Origin: Paragordius varius
Lineage: Eukaryota; Animalia; Nematomorpha
Direction of reading: 5' to 3'
Assembly: GCA_964247055.1 (NCBI GenBank)
Contig: OZ176059.1
Location: forward strand, 558,001-622,000
Length of the DNA stretch: 64,000 nucleotides
Position numbers and translations under genes: made by a program. The notes under the pieces are model-generated. The model saw only the letters and a program-made list of their open reading frames with translations. It did no database searches and was not told the DNA's origin. Positions 38,338 through 52,472 of this stretch are shown in pieces (position 1 is the stretch's first letter; every line of letters begins with the position of its first letter).

Positions 38338-39440
38338 AGCACTTGAATGCAACACATTCATTTCCGTTCTTCGATTCGAATTGAGGTCGTTAGATACCCC
38401 AGGCTGTGACAAATTAAATATTTCAATATGGAATAAAATTGAAACCATGGGAAATGTTTTCACTCACATAACATTAACACTTGGATACAACACATCCATT
38501 TTAGTCCTTCGATTCATATTGGGGTAGGTAAATACCCCAGGCTCGTTTAAAATTAAATTCTTAAAAATATATGGAAGGAATAGAAATCATGGCAAAATTT
38601 TGCACTTATATAACATTAATAAACCGAAATTTCTAAAAAAATTTATTCAAAAATACTTTACATATATTTTAAGCTAAAATCGAAAGGTAAAAATTTAGTC
38701 AACCTGACATGTGTGCAATGGTAAAATTCAAAAATAATACAAAATAAGCCGTTTTTTCTATTTTTATCAATGTTAGATGTAATTTAAATATAAAATAAGC
38801 TTTGATTTTACCCTTAAGACGATATTTTACAAAATTTTGTAAAATAATAATGGCGTTTGACATGAAACTTTTTCTTAACAAAATATTTAGATATTTTGGC
38901 ATATTTACACATTTATTATTATAGAAGCATAAATTTAAATTGGGACCGTTTCCTTCGGTAGTTTTTTAAAAATCCTAACTCAAATTTAGTCTGGGGTATT
39001 TAGATACCCCAGTTTGAATCGAAGTGTTAATGAGCGGAAAAATAATAAATTTATTTAAGAATAATATTGATATTATTTAATCATAGGTAAAATCCATGGG
39101 TAAAATTTAGCCAGTATGACATGTGTGCATAAGCTAATAAAATTTATGTTAGATATACCACTTGTTCTGTTTTAATCAAATTAAATGTGATTTTAATAAA
39201 AAGGTAAACTTATTAGGCTTGGAATCAAATAAAGGGTATTTTGCGAAACTGTTGTAGATTAAAATTGGCGTCCAAGTACTATACGGAATTTTTTTACAAA
39301 ACTATTTTATTTAGATATTTTGGCTTATTTATTTAATTTTTATCAGGATGATTTAATTTACAACCGTTTCTTTCAGCTTTCCAAATAACAACTGAAATAT
39401 TTGGGGTATTTAAATACCCCAATTTGATTTTAAATGTTAA
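38338..39440. mobile_element. Old family D element with a younger family D copy (38478-39026) inserted in the same orientation
   Basis: TTAA duplication at 38474-38477 and 39027-39030; the flanks reconstitute a decayed family D copy. Confidence 0.8.
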
Positions 39441-39665
39441 TACTATGTATTTAAATGTGTTAGATTTCAAAGAAATAGGTTTGAAAAAGTATGGCTGTCT
39501 TTATGAAAAATATATATGTTTTAGCATTTCGACAAACTTCGCCGAATGCTTTTTCCAAATTTTGGCAGTTAAGTATATAAAACGAATCGTAACAAATTTA
39601 TTGTGCTCTGAATTTTTACCCTCACCTTATGTTAAAAATCGAATTAATTATTTACTGATATTATA

Positions 39666-39944
39666 CAGTAAAAATTGAAATTATACTGACAAAATGTTAA
39701 AATACTAATATTTTTTCAAAAAACAACCATACTTTTTAGATCTTGATTTTATAAAACACATACCGTTGTTTATACCTGCACAGAAAAGGAGAGTATATAG
39801 GTAAACAATCAATTATATATGTTTACAATTGTAATTAAATAGTTTATAAGGGAAATATTGAGGGTTAAAAAGCATGGTGGTCTTTTTAAAAAATATTTGT
39901 CTTTATACTTTAAGGTTTTATCCGAATAATTTTAAGTTTTACTG
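39666..39944. mobile_element. Family B MITE
   Basis: TA|CAGT...ACTG|TA. Confidence 0.85.
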
Positions 39945-40856
39945 TATTTACCATGAAAATTTACCGATAAACTCATCAAGTAATTGCCTACACATCTCAA
40001 TTTAATTATTGAACACATTTTAAAATCACCCTAAAAATGAATATATTAAAATAATACATATCATTAAATAGTTTTTTGGCAGAGTTATTTATTTTTTTCT
40101 GTGTTTCTTTAATTATATCAGAAAATATACGTAATCTTCTTTTATTAATAAATGTATATATCTTGATGTAAAATATTATTGTAAAAATCAACTATAACGA
40201 GATGAGGGCATATTAAGTCAAAAATTACCCATAATATATTATATATCTTATTATAATTAAACTATAAAATGTAAAACATGCCAAAAACAAATATTTAATA
40301 TTAATTATGCAGTATTTTAGCCAAGACACACATAATTTATTTTGCAAATGAATATGAAATGTTTAAAGGTAAATGCGAAATTTTTAAAAATGAAATTAAA
40401 ACGTAAAAATATACAGTCATTTATTTTTTTAAAAGAATCACAGTACTTTTTAAAATTTGATTATGTATATATAACTCATTGTTTTGAACTATAAAATATG
40501 AAATAGGGACATATATTTAAACACGCTTAATTATATAATTTTCAATTCTTAAATAAAGGTTTTAAAAAATATGGTTGTCTTTTGGAAAAAGTTTGTCTCT
40601 TTTATTTTTACCTTTGTCCGTATAATTCTAATTCTTACTGTAAAATGTTTAAGGTCAAAAATCAAACGTAAATTATATTGATTTTAGTAAATTTAAATTT
40701 TCAAATGTGTATGTAAAGTATAAATATTATATAAAATCGGAAAACTTTCAAAATTAATTCCAATTTTATTTTTTTTAAATTTGTCTTATCATTTGATAAT
40801 ATAAATTATATTATCAAATAAACTTTTTTTATATATAAAAAACACTCATTCATTTG

Positions 40857-41160
40857 CAGTAAAAATTGAAGTTATACGGGCAAAACGTTAAATTATAAGA
40901 CAAATATTTTTATCTAAGACAACCATACAACCATACTTTTAAATCAAATATTTTTATCTAAGACAACCATACTTTAAACTTAGTTACAATCGTAAAATAT
41001 AGAATTGATTGTGTTAGTAATATATATCTCCATTTAATACTTTGCAATAGCAAACAATTATTCTATTTAAAAAGTTCGAGATTAAAAATTATAGTTGTCT
41101 TTTGAAAAAATTTTTGTCTTTATATTTTTGCATTTTATCCGTATATTTTCATTTTTACTG
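40857..41160. mobile_element. Family B MITE with a small internal duplication
   Basis: CAGT...ACTG|TA; the segment atttttatctaagacaaccatac is present twice. Confidence 0.8.
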
Positions 41161-41361
41161 TATAATGTGAGATTAAAGGCGTTTTTTTAAGATAATTATT
41201 TCTAAAATCAATTATTTACCCATAATTGTTTTTCCAAAATAAAAAAATAATCCTATGTATTTGTCCACAATAATGATTTAATATGGGGGGGACTAATGGA
41301 AAACTAACTTGCTACGTTTTCTTCCAATCTTTGAAATGTAAAAAATAATTTAATTTATTTG

Positions 41362-41409
<48 letters not shown>

Positions 41410-41871
41410 CTAAATACTGTCATATGATTTAAAAATATATAATAGAAAAGTTTTATTTTAATATTTGGCACAATGATAAAAAATATTTTTTTTTCGAACA
41501 GTATATTCAAGTTCCAGTTCTTATAAAAATTTTATTCTGAATACAATTTTTTATCAATTACATTTATTACAGCATTTATAGTTTTTGTAAACCTACCTGT
41601 GAGAGAAAAAATAATAATTTTATAAGTGATTTTTCAAAACAATTTTTATAATGCGTAATTCCGTTTCCTTTCTATCTTTATAATTTTATAAAATACTACT
41701 TATAATATATACAGTATAATAGGTGTGTGTATTGCTAGAAACTTATTAATTATTGCCAAATAAAATAGCATTTATAGCAATGAGAATTATTATTAGCTAA
41801 TAATAGTAAAAAATGAACAAAATAATTATAAGTCAATAATAATGGCCTTTGTTGTATATGCTATTTGGCAA

Positions 41872-44241
41872 TCTATCTATATATTTATAAAAATGGAAAA
41901 TGTTGGCTTTGTGATCTGTTTTCGGAAAACCGACAAACCCATTCAAATTGAAATGTCAAAAAAATATAATCATCAATGAATGCCCTGACAAAAGCTTCGC
42001 CTTTTTTTGAATTAGGTCCCCAGATAAAACCTATCACGTGTAAAAACGGGTTATTTTTAAAAACAAAAGTCCACAAAAATCGTGTCTCTGAGACAAGGAA
42101 AACGTGTTGGACCATTTGATTTCAAAAATGATTATTTTTACTTTTTTCTATTGCGCCGAACATAGTCGGCTTGCTTTTTAATTTAGGCTCACTTTTTACC
42201 CGCTCCCCCCGTAAAATACCATTCTTTTCAAAGTTCACAAAAATAATATTTTGAATCTATTTTTCGCCCAAGGTATGAGACCGTAAAAATTCAATGAGAA
42301 TTCCAGGTGTTCCCTGTTGAAATTCAAAAATTTTAGTCGTGCGTTTTTTTATATTGACTGCTGGGTAAGGAGATACCCGCTAAAAACTGGCCGTCATAAA
42401 TAGCGTGCCTTTGGGGCTGAATTTCAAAAAACCTATCAGGCCATATGAATTCAATAGCTGCTTAAAATAATACCCGTATCAAGGCATAAATTTAGGTCGA
42501 GCGGTTTTTAAACTTAGCCATTTAGGCTCTTCATACCCTGAAAAATGCGCCACCATAGAATGATTTTTAGTTTTGAGGCAATTTTTTCAAAAACTCTAAG
42601 AGAGCATATGGAATCAATCATGATTCCAGGTTTTCGCTGTAAATTGGCAAAAATTTTAATCGAGCGTTTTTCTGTTTCGCCCCTGGTTAGGGGGCTACCC
42701 GCGTAAAACTGCGTCACCATATCGAAATTTGCGTTGTTTACGACTTAATTTTCAGAAAATTTATCAGGCCATAAAGTTTAATAAGGGCCTGAAATATTAC
42801 CCGTAAAAGGCAAATGTTGAGCGGTTTTTTTTAATTACCCCTTAAATAAACCCTTGCCCTGAAAAAATGCGCCCCATAGAATGACTTTTGTTTTAGGCAA
42901 TTTTCAAAAATCCCACCATAGCATATGGAATCAATCATGATTTCATGTATTACCCGAATCAAGGCAAAAACTTTGATCAAGCGTTTTTTTGTTTAGCCCC
43001 TGTTTAGGGGGCTACCCGCGTAAAACTGCGTCACCATATTGATACAGCATGTCTTTGGAGCCAAATATCAGAAAATCTATGAAACTATGTAAGTTAAATA
43101 AGGGCCTAAAATATTTATTACCTCTTAAAAACAAATATTTTAGTAATAGGGGGTAATTTTATTGAGTCGCTCTAAGTAAGGTTTACGCCCTGGAAAAATG
43201 CGTCGCCATAGAACATTTTTTTTGAAACAATACTTCCAAGACCTTATAGGAACATATGGAATCCATGATATTTACAGTATTCCCCATATAAAGGCAAAAT
43301 TTCTCAACGCTTTTTTTACCTGCCCCTGGGTAAAAAGCTACCTACCAAAAACTGCGCCACTATATGAAAATTGCATTGTTTTGGAGCTAATTTACAGATA
43401 ATTTATGAAGCCGTATTAGCTTATTAAAAGCTTGAAAAATTACCCGTAACTAAGTAAAAATTAACAGGCGTTTTTTTATTAGCCGTTAATTTGGAACCTA
43501 ATCATAACAAATTGGTATATCTTTTGTATCTGTAATAGCATTGTCCTTTTAGGATCGTTAAATGTATTGCAACGTTCATGTGTTAGATTATATCAACAAA
43601 ATATATCAGTATAATTTTGCCATAGCCTGCCTGATTTGAACTTTTAAATAGCTTAGTTAGGGCGGGATTATTAATGATATAAACTCCAAATGATATTACT
43701 TGAGGCTAGGAATTATTCTCCAAATGTTATCTAAACACTATTTGGAATCAGGGTTAGATCTTAGCAAATTATTTACTGATCAGGTCTAATTAGGAATTGG
43801 TGAGATAGGCACTTTACATACGACAATGTAGGGTTTTTTATAAACCTACGGTATTACATAAGGACAAATTATACTCATTAAAGTGTTCAACTGCATCACA
43901 GATTAGGCATTAATATATACACATAGACATTTTACAAATGTGTGTAAGTCAAACCTCTTTACTCTATTATAAGGACAAAATTATACATGTCTTTTTTATT
44001 ATTTATATACCCAATGTCAAAAATAAAGCTTTTTTTGCACGTTTCGCCCAATAATTACTTATGTTTTTTTTTACTAAGATCATTGCTGAATAAATATTTT
44101 TTGTTAACATAGTTTTTATTTAAGGTGCTTGGGGCCTTTATACCCTTAAACCCGCTCAACAATATGTTTTTGAGGCTATTTTTCGCCAAAATAGGAGGAA
44201 GGATTTCATCGGGCTGCATAGCAGCCCAAGATTTACGCTAG
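41872..44241 (+). mobile_element. Non-autonomous Helitron, family E copy 2 (2.37 kb), inserted in a family F MITE
   Basis: A|TC 5' end, hairpin (cgggctgc-ata-gcagccc) plus CTAG|T 3' end, internal ~316-330-bp tandem units. The empty site ctatttggcaa|taattaatatttctagcaa is family F sequence. Confidence 0.88.
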
Positions 44242-45321
44242 TAATTAATATTTCTAGCAATTAATTCCAAATAACCCTAAATAAATGTGTCATAAATAAT
44301 TTAACGCAAAAAAGTGTGTTTTGTTGAGAAAGCTTTTAGGAAAAAAATTTTTTCCATTAATTCATATATATATATATATATATATATTAAATTTGGTCAT
44401 ATCGTAAAAAAAACAATTACGTAATAGCACAGAAATAAATAAATAAATAACGATAATAATAAATTAAGTAATTTACAGTTAAATAACATTCAGAATATAC
44501 TCGAAAAACCATATACGATAAGTAAATAAAACAACAAATATGGTTGAAAAATTAAACAAAAACATAAATTTTGTATAGTTAATTTTGGACTAACTTAATT
44601 CAAAACTATACGATACTGTTATGTTTTATAACGTATGTGACAATACATAAATATATAGAGAAGAGAACATGCTCAATACATAGTGGAATAAATATGTTGT
44701 GTTAAAATGGTAGTTTGTGCCAAAAATTTAGTATATTATTGCTTGACTGCTAATATTTTTTAAAAACACCAAAAAGTTATTATTAATAAAAAAACAAGTA
44801 CAATGCATTTTATTTTTGCGATTTCGTCATATAATATATAACTCCATAAGAAGACATCATCTTTTAATCTTTTTGTACCATTTATTTTTGCTCCTTACTT
44901 CATCAAACATAAAGACACATATATGTTTATATAAATATAATTTTTTGCACAACAAAATAATATTCAAATATAAAAAAATGAGATAAATAAACGTAAGATA
45001 ATAATATAATATTAAAAAATAAACAACGACCTTTGAATTATTTTATGCAATTTTCATATTTTATCTTTACCGTGCGTGGATTTACCTTATAAAGAAAGTA
45101 AGAAATAAATAACTATATATTTATACGTACTTTTGACAATTATTATATAAACATCCGTCAAACTTCCAAATATCTCACACCTTTTTGTTCAACAAGTGTT
45201 GTATGTATGTAGTTACTATTTCAAATTGTTCGCTATCACATATCATATGTATGGATATATAGTTTAACATCACTTTATAAAAGCCTAAAGACGCTTCTTA
45301 CTATATATAATATATGTTATT

Positions 45322-47034
45322 ATGAATATTATCCATACGGTTTTATTGCTTTATTTCTCAAACATCTACGATCATTTAAATATTTTCAATATCCAAAATT
45401 TGATTGTCAAAGCTCAATCCGTAAGCACTGATGCTTGGTATACGAATGCGCAAAGATCAGCTTGTGGTCGATCTTTTGGTTGTTTTACCGATCCCGACAT
45501 TTGTGAAATAAATTTATCTGTCAGCGGTGGATCTACTGCCACAAATGTCCCAATATGTCATAGCTATGTTTTGTATCGCCCCAACCCTACGAATCCGAGC
45601 CTGCTCGATTTTTTTATGGAACGACGGAATATACCAAACACTGAAACCAACAATAAATATATTGCCTTGGGTCTTGGACACACACCCCAAATGGGGGGAT
45701 CATCCGTAATTATGTGTATGACATGGGGACCCGTCGGTAATATATCTGGTGCAGTGGTTAATCGATACAATCGTGGGTACACCAATATTCGTTTACCAGC
45801 TAATGAAGCTACTTTGGGTATTTCATCACCGCGCATTGGGTTTGTCACACCACCCCTCTCACAAACTAGCGGGCCACCGGGAGTTGGGGCCCAACAAAAG
45901 AGTTTGAGTTGTGCCTTTTCTCGCCAAAAAGATTTGTTGGCATCTACGCAAGTTGTTTTCCCCCTTCAAAATCCGACGTCGCGTTTAGTATCAGGTGGTG
46001 GAGGAATGCAACAACAGCCTGACATTGGTATACCCTATTACCTTATGTTAGTTGAGGGTAATGTTGATGTTCAGGGTGAACCCCAGTATCATGGTGGTCG
46101 TCCACCACATGTTAGTCCGTCCAAAATTGTACTGGCTCAACCATTAGTTTCGCTGCCCAATGGGCCAGCGGGCGGATTCGCTCTCGCACCCCCGAGTTTT
46201 GGGACGTCCCAAGCACCCCTGAGAAGAGGTATGTTATCCCTACTAACTCGACTCCATGGTATTTTCATGATTGTAGCTTATACCATGCTCATATCAGTGG
46301 CCACATTGTATGCCCGACACCTTAAAGGATATTTGCCGGAACGTAAGATTGGTGGACTTAAGCTTTGGTTTGTCCTGCATCGTACCATGAATTATTTGGC
46401 TGTCGTGTGTGTCATCATAGGTACCATCCTTATCTTTGTCAAGGCTCGTGGATGGAGTTATGATGCCAGCAAGTATCCTGCACTCGTTCCCATAGCTCAT
46501 TCCATCACTGGCATACTTGCTGTAATTCTTGTGTTAATCCAACCCGTTATGGCTTACTTTAGACCACCCGGGGGCCCTAGCATACAACGTATCACGTTCA
46601 ATTGGATCCATCGTATAGTGGGTATCGTGGCTTTTGTGTTGGGTATTGCAACCATTTTCCTGATCGCACGCTTCAAATTTTACCCTGTGAATGAGTTTGC
46701 TCAACGCACGATACAAGCTATGATAGCGTTCGTTGTCATATACGTACTGACAGAAATTATTTTATGGACCCTTCATTTTGTACGTCATTGGTTAAAACGC
46801 AATTGGGCCACCAAAAATAGTTATGATATGAATCCGTACAATCACCATTTCCAAAATGGTGGACAACCCGGTGGGCCCGTAAACGGTCATAACCCTTCTC
46901 CAGCTTCTGGACCCGTTGAAAGTGAATCGACCGCTCAGCGATGGGAGTTTTGGAAAGGCATCATTATAAACATTTACTTTATTATAGCGCTAATACTTAT
47001 GATTGCTATGGTTGTTTTCATTGCATTAGCCTAA
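45322..47034 (+). CDS. FRRS1: Ferric-chelate reductase 1-like protein (DOMON + cytochrome b561), single-exon ORF of 570 aa, no reeler domain seen
   Basis: DOMON-like segment YIALGLG..QMG.SSVIMC and PQYH. b561 domain with four His in HGIFM, WFVLHR, AHSITG and WIHR; multiple hydrophobic helices plus a C-terminal TM. The symbol denotes family resemblance, not proven orthology. Confidence 0.88.
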   Translation: MNIIHTVLLLYFSNIYDHLNIFNIQNLIVKAQSVSTDAWYTNAQRSACGRSFGCFTDPDICEINLSVSGGSTATNVPICHSYVLYRPNPTNPSLLDFFMERRNIPNTETNNKYIALGLGHTPQMGGSSVIMCMTWGPVGNISGAVVNRYNRGYTNIRLPANEATLGISSPRIGFVTPPLSQTSGPPGVGAQQKSLSCAFSRQKDLLASTQVVFPLQNPTSRLVSGGGGMQQQPDIGIPYYLMLVEGNVDVQGEPQYHGGRPPHVSPSKIVLAQPLVSLPNGPAGGFALAPPSFGTSQAPLRRGMLSLLTRLHGIFMIVAYTMLISVATLYARHLKGYLPERKIGGLKLWFVLHRTMNYLAVVCVIIGTILIFVKARGWSYDASKYPALVPIAHSITGILAVILVLIQPVMAYFRPPGGPSIQRITFNWIHRIVGIVAFVLGIATIFLIARFKFYPVNEFAQRTIQAMIAFVVIYVLTEIILWTLHFVRHWLKRNWATKNSYDMNPYNHHFQNGGQPGGPVNGHNPSPASGPVESESTAQRWEFWKGIIINIYFIIALILMIAMVVFIALA

Positions 47035-47384
47035 ATCTCAAGCAATTATGTGTGTAACACATCTCAAAATGAGATATAAGAATTTCAAGATGAGATGGCA
47101 ACAAATTTGGTGGATATTTATGTTTTACTTGTGCTACAAACAATTTCGTTGGCATTCCTATTCTAAATTTTTTCTTACATAACATCACAATAGTTAAAGC
47201 CTTTCTGTATTGAAAGACACGGTTTGATATGGATTTTGCAACTAAGCGAAATTTACGCTTTGTTGATTTATGCAAATTAACTGTTCATCAATGAAGTTTA
47301 TATTTGATTAACCCATTTCATATTGTTTGCTCCAATAATATAATTAGTATTTATTTCGTTCCACCTTGTTAAATTTTGTTATTA

Positions 47385-47572
47385 CAGTATGAGTAAGTAT
47401 ACATCGCTAGAAAGCTATTAATTATTGCCAAATAGCACATAGAACAAAGGGAAATATTATTGGCTTATAGTTATTTTTTCATTTTTTACTATTAATAGCC
47501 AATAATACTGCCGTTATGTATATGCTATTTGGCAATTAATAACTTTCTAGCAATATGTACTTACTTATGTCT
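47385..47572. mobile_element. Family F MITE
   Basis: TA|CAGTATGAGTAAG start and inverted end. Confidence 0.75.
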
Positions 47573-48469
47573 ATATTCGATATATATTTGTATACATATT
47601 CCTAAACATTTAAAACGCTCACAACATATAAACTCATATATATATTTATAAGATAAAATTGAATTGTTTAGAAAATTTGGTGATATTAGATATATTTATA
47701 TATTAATAAATATTATTGGCCTTCATAATCCAATTTATTATAGTTATTTTCAATGTCAGGTGCATTATGCATGCATACGTCATTATATAAAAATATATTT
47801 ATATTTACCGTTTTTAAGTGTGAACAAATATAAATTACTAGAAAGTTATTAATTACTGCAAAATAACATATGCAGCAAAAAGAATTATTATTGGCTAATA
47901 ATTGTAATAAGTGAAAAAAATAACTATAAGCCAATAATACTTCCCTTTGTTGTATATGCTATTTGGCAATAATTAGTAAATTTCTAGCAATGTATACTTA
48001 CTCATACTCTATAATAAATTTTATTGGTCGCAATACTTTGATACATGTGAAAATTTAATCTGGTGTTTAACACAAATAGCTTCGCGGGCCACATTTGAAA
48101 TATATATGGGGGGTATTCATATGGAATCTATCAGGTCTTAATTAAAAAAATGGAAGATGCAAAGACATATAGCAATTTTTTCTAGTTCCTCACCAATTGG
48201 ATAGACTTATTTGGAAAAATTGTTTAATAATAACAATTTTATTAAACTTTTTGTAAGGGATATTTTATAATTTATGGATCCAAATTTTTCGCAGGCCGGA
48301 AAAAGTTTCAGAAGGCCGCGTGTTGGCCACCCCTGATCTTATAATAATTTATGATAAACTGATTCATGCGCGTCATATAGGCTTGATTTAATTGTAAAAA
48401 ATATGTTTTTTTCGTCTTTGAATACATTTATAAGTATATATAATGCTAGTTTTTTTATTAAAGGATAAA

Positions 48470-48625
48470 TTTAATGGTTACTTATTTCACACAATAGTTG
48501 GGCAATTTAACAGTGGTGTATGGAAAAAAAGTTTATTCAACATTTTGTTGTTTTTTCCATGTACTACTGTGTTGAGAATTGCCCCAACTAGAGAGTGAAA
48601 TAAACAACCATTAAAATGCATACTG
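48470..48625. mobile_element. Family C near-palindromic MITE
   Basis: Inverted arms; ends ATGCATACTG|TA. Confidence 0.75.
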
Positions 48626-49186
48626 TAAATATTGCTGTAAAGAATCAATTGGCTAAAAGAAAAAATACGTAATAAATAGACATTTTTTATATTCACAAAT
48701 GAGAGCCAATATTGTTTTTACTGGAATGCTATCTAGCAATAATAATTTGTATCTTTATTTTATTTTTGTGTCCGAATATTATTAATTTTGCTGATATTGC
48801 ATCATATTATTCTAAAACCTACTGAAGCCTAAAAATGTAAATGGTAAAAAACATATGCGAAAAAATTTGTGATTGTCGGAGCTCACATGTTCAAAGTTAT
48901 TACAAAAATATTGTTTTGCTATTCATATGCTGTTTATGATATATTTAAGTGATATTTTTTAAATGAAGCATTTAGCTTCCACCAAAATAAATTCTATTTA
49001 AATGCGCAAATTTTGCATTTTTTGATATATATGGAGTATGTAAAGGCCTAAACCAAAAGTACCAAGATAACCCTTTTACAGATGATACTATCAGATTATC
49101 AGAATTTTTTTATATCCTCCTATTTTGGAAGCAGTATAAGATATTTTATCAAGAAAAATTGACTATTAATATTAACACTTTACCAA

Positions 49187-49222
<36 letters not shown>

Positions 49223-49725
49223 ATATACTCTTCTATATAGTGAAACTCACTATCTTATACCAACAAAAAATGATAATGCATGTTTTATTTTTCTTTTTTA
49301 TTTTAAGTGTGAAGAAATTTCATCCATAGAAGTTTTATGTAACAAAAATAAGATTGTTAGTTTAATTAGTGTATAATTACGTCAAAATGTCAAACGATGA
49401 CTTATAATTTGTAGTCATGTTTATAAAATAACAATGACAGTACAAAAGTTGACGCCTTATACATAATACGATATGATAAACATATTTTTTTAAAAAGATA
49501 TTACAATGATAATCAGACACATAATACAGTATGGCATAAAACAATGTTAGTTCACAAACGAATAAAAAAAGGTATTTTCAAAAAAACAAAAGGGGATATT
49601 CTGGATATATGTATATACAACTAGAGTTGTTATTTTTTAAAAAAATATTTCAAAAATGTGTGATTATTGGTTGAAACTGAAACCAAAAATTCATCGGTTT
49701 TAACCCCCTGATAAAGTATTTTTTA

Positions 49726-50015
49726 CAGTAAAAATTGAAATAACATGCGGACATAACGTAAAAATAAAAAACAAATGATTTTTTCTTCAAAGGACAACTA
49801 TGTTTTTTATATCTTAATTTTCCTAAATAAAACTCATTGATTTAAACTGTAAAGTAGAAATAGTTACATTAGTAACACAATTAATTCATTATTTTTCGAT
49901 TGTATAATAATATGATTTTTATAGGATAAATTAAGGTTTTAAAAAAGTGTGGTGGTCTTTAAAAAAATTTTTGTCTTTAAAATGCATTTTGTCCGTAAAT
50001 TTTCAGTTTTTACTG
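49726..50015. mobile_element. Family B MITE
   Basis: TA|CAGT...ACTG|TA. Further degenerate copies at ~51295-51590, ~52945-53200, ~58873-59132 and ~63610-63896. Confidence 0.85.
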
Positions 50016-52111
50016 TAATAGTACAACACTTTTTCATTAACAATTCAATGGCTCTAAAGGATTTCTATTACGTAAGATTGGTTCAAAAGCAATTGGCACC
50101 CAAACTTTTTTATAAGACAAATTTATAAAAAAAACCCTAAATAATTTTGTTGGTAATCTACTTCTTACATCAAAATTCTAAGATGATTAAAAAATTTTAA
50201 ATTAATTATGGCTTATCTGGTGTTGATTAGTGTAAAACGCTATAAAAATTGATGTAACATTTTTAAATTAATCGTATGCCTCAAAATGAAAAGCACCATA
50301 TGATGGTAGATATATGGCTAACTGGTAAAAATAGTTTTTTTCTATTTAATTCACATTCCTTTACATTTTTTCGAATTCTGAGAGTTGGTAATCAAAAAAT
50401 GATTTGAAACACCATATTTTGACTCTACATTTGGCATACTATAATAATATAACATTTGCACTCTTCAAGAGTGTATCCTTCAAAATTTTAAGTGTTGATT
50501 TTAATTATTTTGCCATGTATATTTTTTTTAAACCTAATTTTCTTTATTTCTTATATATTTATTCATTTAAAAATAAATTTTGTTAATCAAATACTACCTT
50601 TTTATTTTAAACTAATTTTTTTCCAATTTAACATAATTATTAACTTAATGTTTTTAATAAAAAATTGTAAATAATGATTAATAAAGCTTATTAAATTATG
50701 TATTATATTTTATATTGATCAATAATTTAGACAGTAAGATTGACAAATAAGGATTTTTAAAGCGGAAATCATTTAAAAAATAGGTCTGATCATGAAATTT
50801 CACTCCTTGGATGAAATATGATCTCAATTTTTCGGATTGTAAGGGCAAGCTATCCCATCCAAAATATTTACAACCAGAAAAATAAATTAAACTAAATTTC
50901 ACACCTAATACATATATATATATATTATCTAAGTATTTTGTTTTATGCACTGTGTAAATAACCCATAATTACCGAACCAAATTTTAATTACATGTGGACT
51001 TTTTGGTTGGACTTTATTTAAGAAAATTAAATAACATAACAAGTATTTTGAAAGTGGTATTTTATTATATTATTATAGATATAAAGGTTATATAAAAAAT
51101 TTATATAATAAGAATACATATATGTGCATATATATAAAAATATATATGTCAGTTATTACAAATAAATGCGTAATGAATAATGGCAGGATTGTGTTAATAG
51201 ATAAAAATGTTCATCAATTGATTTTTACGCCTAAAAATTTGATAATGAAAAAAATATCTTCCAAATTTATAGAAAATAAACGCCTTGCATATTACAGTAG
51301 TAAAAGAAAGTATACGGACGGACAAAACGTAAAAATATAAAGACGACAAATATTTTTTCTAAAAGACAACCAACCATTTTTTTAAATCTTGAGTTTTAAA
51401 TATAAGTGATTTTTTAAACTGAAATGTATGAAATAAAGATGTAAATAACACAATCAATTAAGTATTTTACCATTAAATTGATTTTTGTAGGATATATATA
51501 GATTAAAACAATATTGTTGTCATTTGAAAAAAATTTTTTTGTCTTTATATTTTACGTTTTGTCCGTAGTATAATTTCATTTTTATTTTAGGTATATAAAT
51601 AATAATTGTACTCATACCATATATTTAATAATAATACTGAATCTAAATGTATAAAAAAACCTATCATAAAAAGATATTTATGGAAAAAAGATTGATGTGA
51701 AAAGTAATTAATTATATAGTGGTTTTAGCGTTAAGTACATAATTCTAGTTGAGATCTCTATTTAAAGTACCATAAAAAAACATTATTTAATCAATCACAC
51801 TCACACAATCATCAAATACATATATTATTCAATCATTAAATTAATTTTTTAAAAAATTGACAACAATATTTATTTTGTGTTGGGGTATTTTTATTTTAAA
51901 ATATATAACATAATTTTTAGCCATAAACATAAATATTTGAGTTTTTGGATAACAATTCTAAAGATTGCGTAAATTTATTACGATAAGGATGATATCAACT
52001 AAATAAAAATTTAACAAATGTCTAAAACATAACCTAAAATACCCACACTACATCAACCATCATACACTAACAATACATTATTTTTATATTAAACTTATAT
52101 ATATATATATA

Positions 52112-52390
52112 CCATTTACAGTTCACATTCACCTTGAACAATTTAAATTCACCCTCGAATTCAAATTCACTACAATTAAATTTCACCCTCATAAAACAAA
52201 ATATGTGTTTTCGAACTAATGTAACTCATTATTAATATAAAATATATCTTTATGGCATAGTTTTTTATTTTTTAAGTATTATTTTACGTTAAAACAAAAT
52301 TTTATTTTTTAAAAATATATTAAAATATAGGTAGTTTTTAATCTTAAAAAACATATATTTTATGTGAGAGTGATTTTGAATTGTTAATGG
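52112..52390. mobile_element. Family A MITE just downstream of the ARAP-like stop codon
   Basis: Family A termini in (TA)n context. Confidence 0.8.
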
Positions 52391-52472
52391 TATATATATG
52401 AAAAAAAAACGCAACAAAATTAAAGGTAAGATAGTGGTTGTGTTAATTATTCTGGGGTCTGTAGTAATAACA

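Noticed and set aside
45527-46716. Alternative-frame and antisense ORFs over the DOMON-b561 gene
   Set aside because: By-products of the GC-richer coding sequence.
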